Origin: Leucoraja ocellata
Lineage: Eukaryota
Direction of reading: 5' to 3'
DNA length: 64,000 nucleotides
Assembly (NCBI GenBank): GCA_036785375.1
Contig: JAWMAR010000021.1
Coordinates: 4,898,001-4,962,000 of the forward strand
Made by a program: the position numbers and the translations under genes. Positions 63,691 through 64,000 of this stretch are shown one piece after another (position 1 is the first letter of the stretch; each line of letters begins with the position of its first letter). Below the pieces are notes generated by a model. That model saw only the letters and a list, made by a program, of their open reading frames with translations. It did not search any database and had not been told where the DNA came from.

Positions 63691-64000
63691 TGCAAGCTGT
63701 GACATCCTGTGCTTATCCTTCTACCTTTTGTATTCCTACTTTTTGTTCCATGAAGCCTGTGATCCATGGACCCCCCCCCCATTGCCGACATTGGACTTTA
63801 TCTCTGGAACTGATGACCTACGATGCTGAGAACTTTATATTCTGCACTCTGTATCTTCCCCTTTGCTCTTCCTACTGTACTTGAGTTTGACTTGATTTTA
63901 ATCTGTGTAGTATTATCTGATATGATTGGATAGCATGCAAAGCCATTACAGGAAGAATGAGGAGGCTTTGGAAAGAGTGCAGAGATGGTTTCCCAGAAAA

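Overview
Vertebrate genomic DNA. The repeat content (V-SINE/HE1-like SINEs, CR1/HER1-like LINEs, Deu-domain SINEs, Penelope-like elements) suggests a cartilaginous fish, probably a skate or ray; this is an inference. Two genes lie on the + strand. The first is the last 7 coding exons of nucleoporin NUP58 (2157-25666), with continuous splice phases and a poly(A) signal at 26627. The second is coding exon 1 of SHISA2 (51133-51454); its transmembrane exon was not found in the window. The rest is a dense, nested mosaic of retroelements and DNA-transposon remnants. Main observations: (1) read-through of a weak NUP58 donor gives a Nup45-like end GLNVFKL* followed by a TE-poor, AATAAA-rich intron; (2) a TSD-flanked inverted Penelope element, plus 20 or more dispersed minimal hammerhead-ribozyme motifs, many in short fold-back elements, two of them inserted at the same SINE site; (3) NUP58 and SHISA2 are adjacent and co-directional, with no ATP8A2 between them. 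Exon coordinates were checked by hand. Repeat boundaries are approximate, and family names come from pattern recognition, not database searches.
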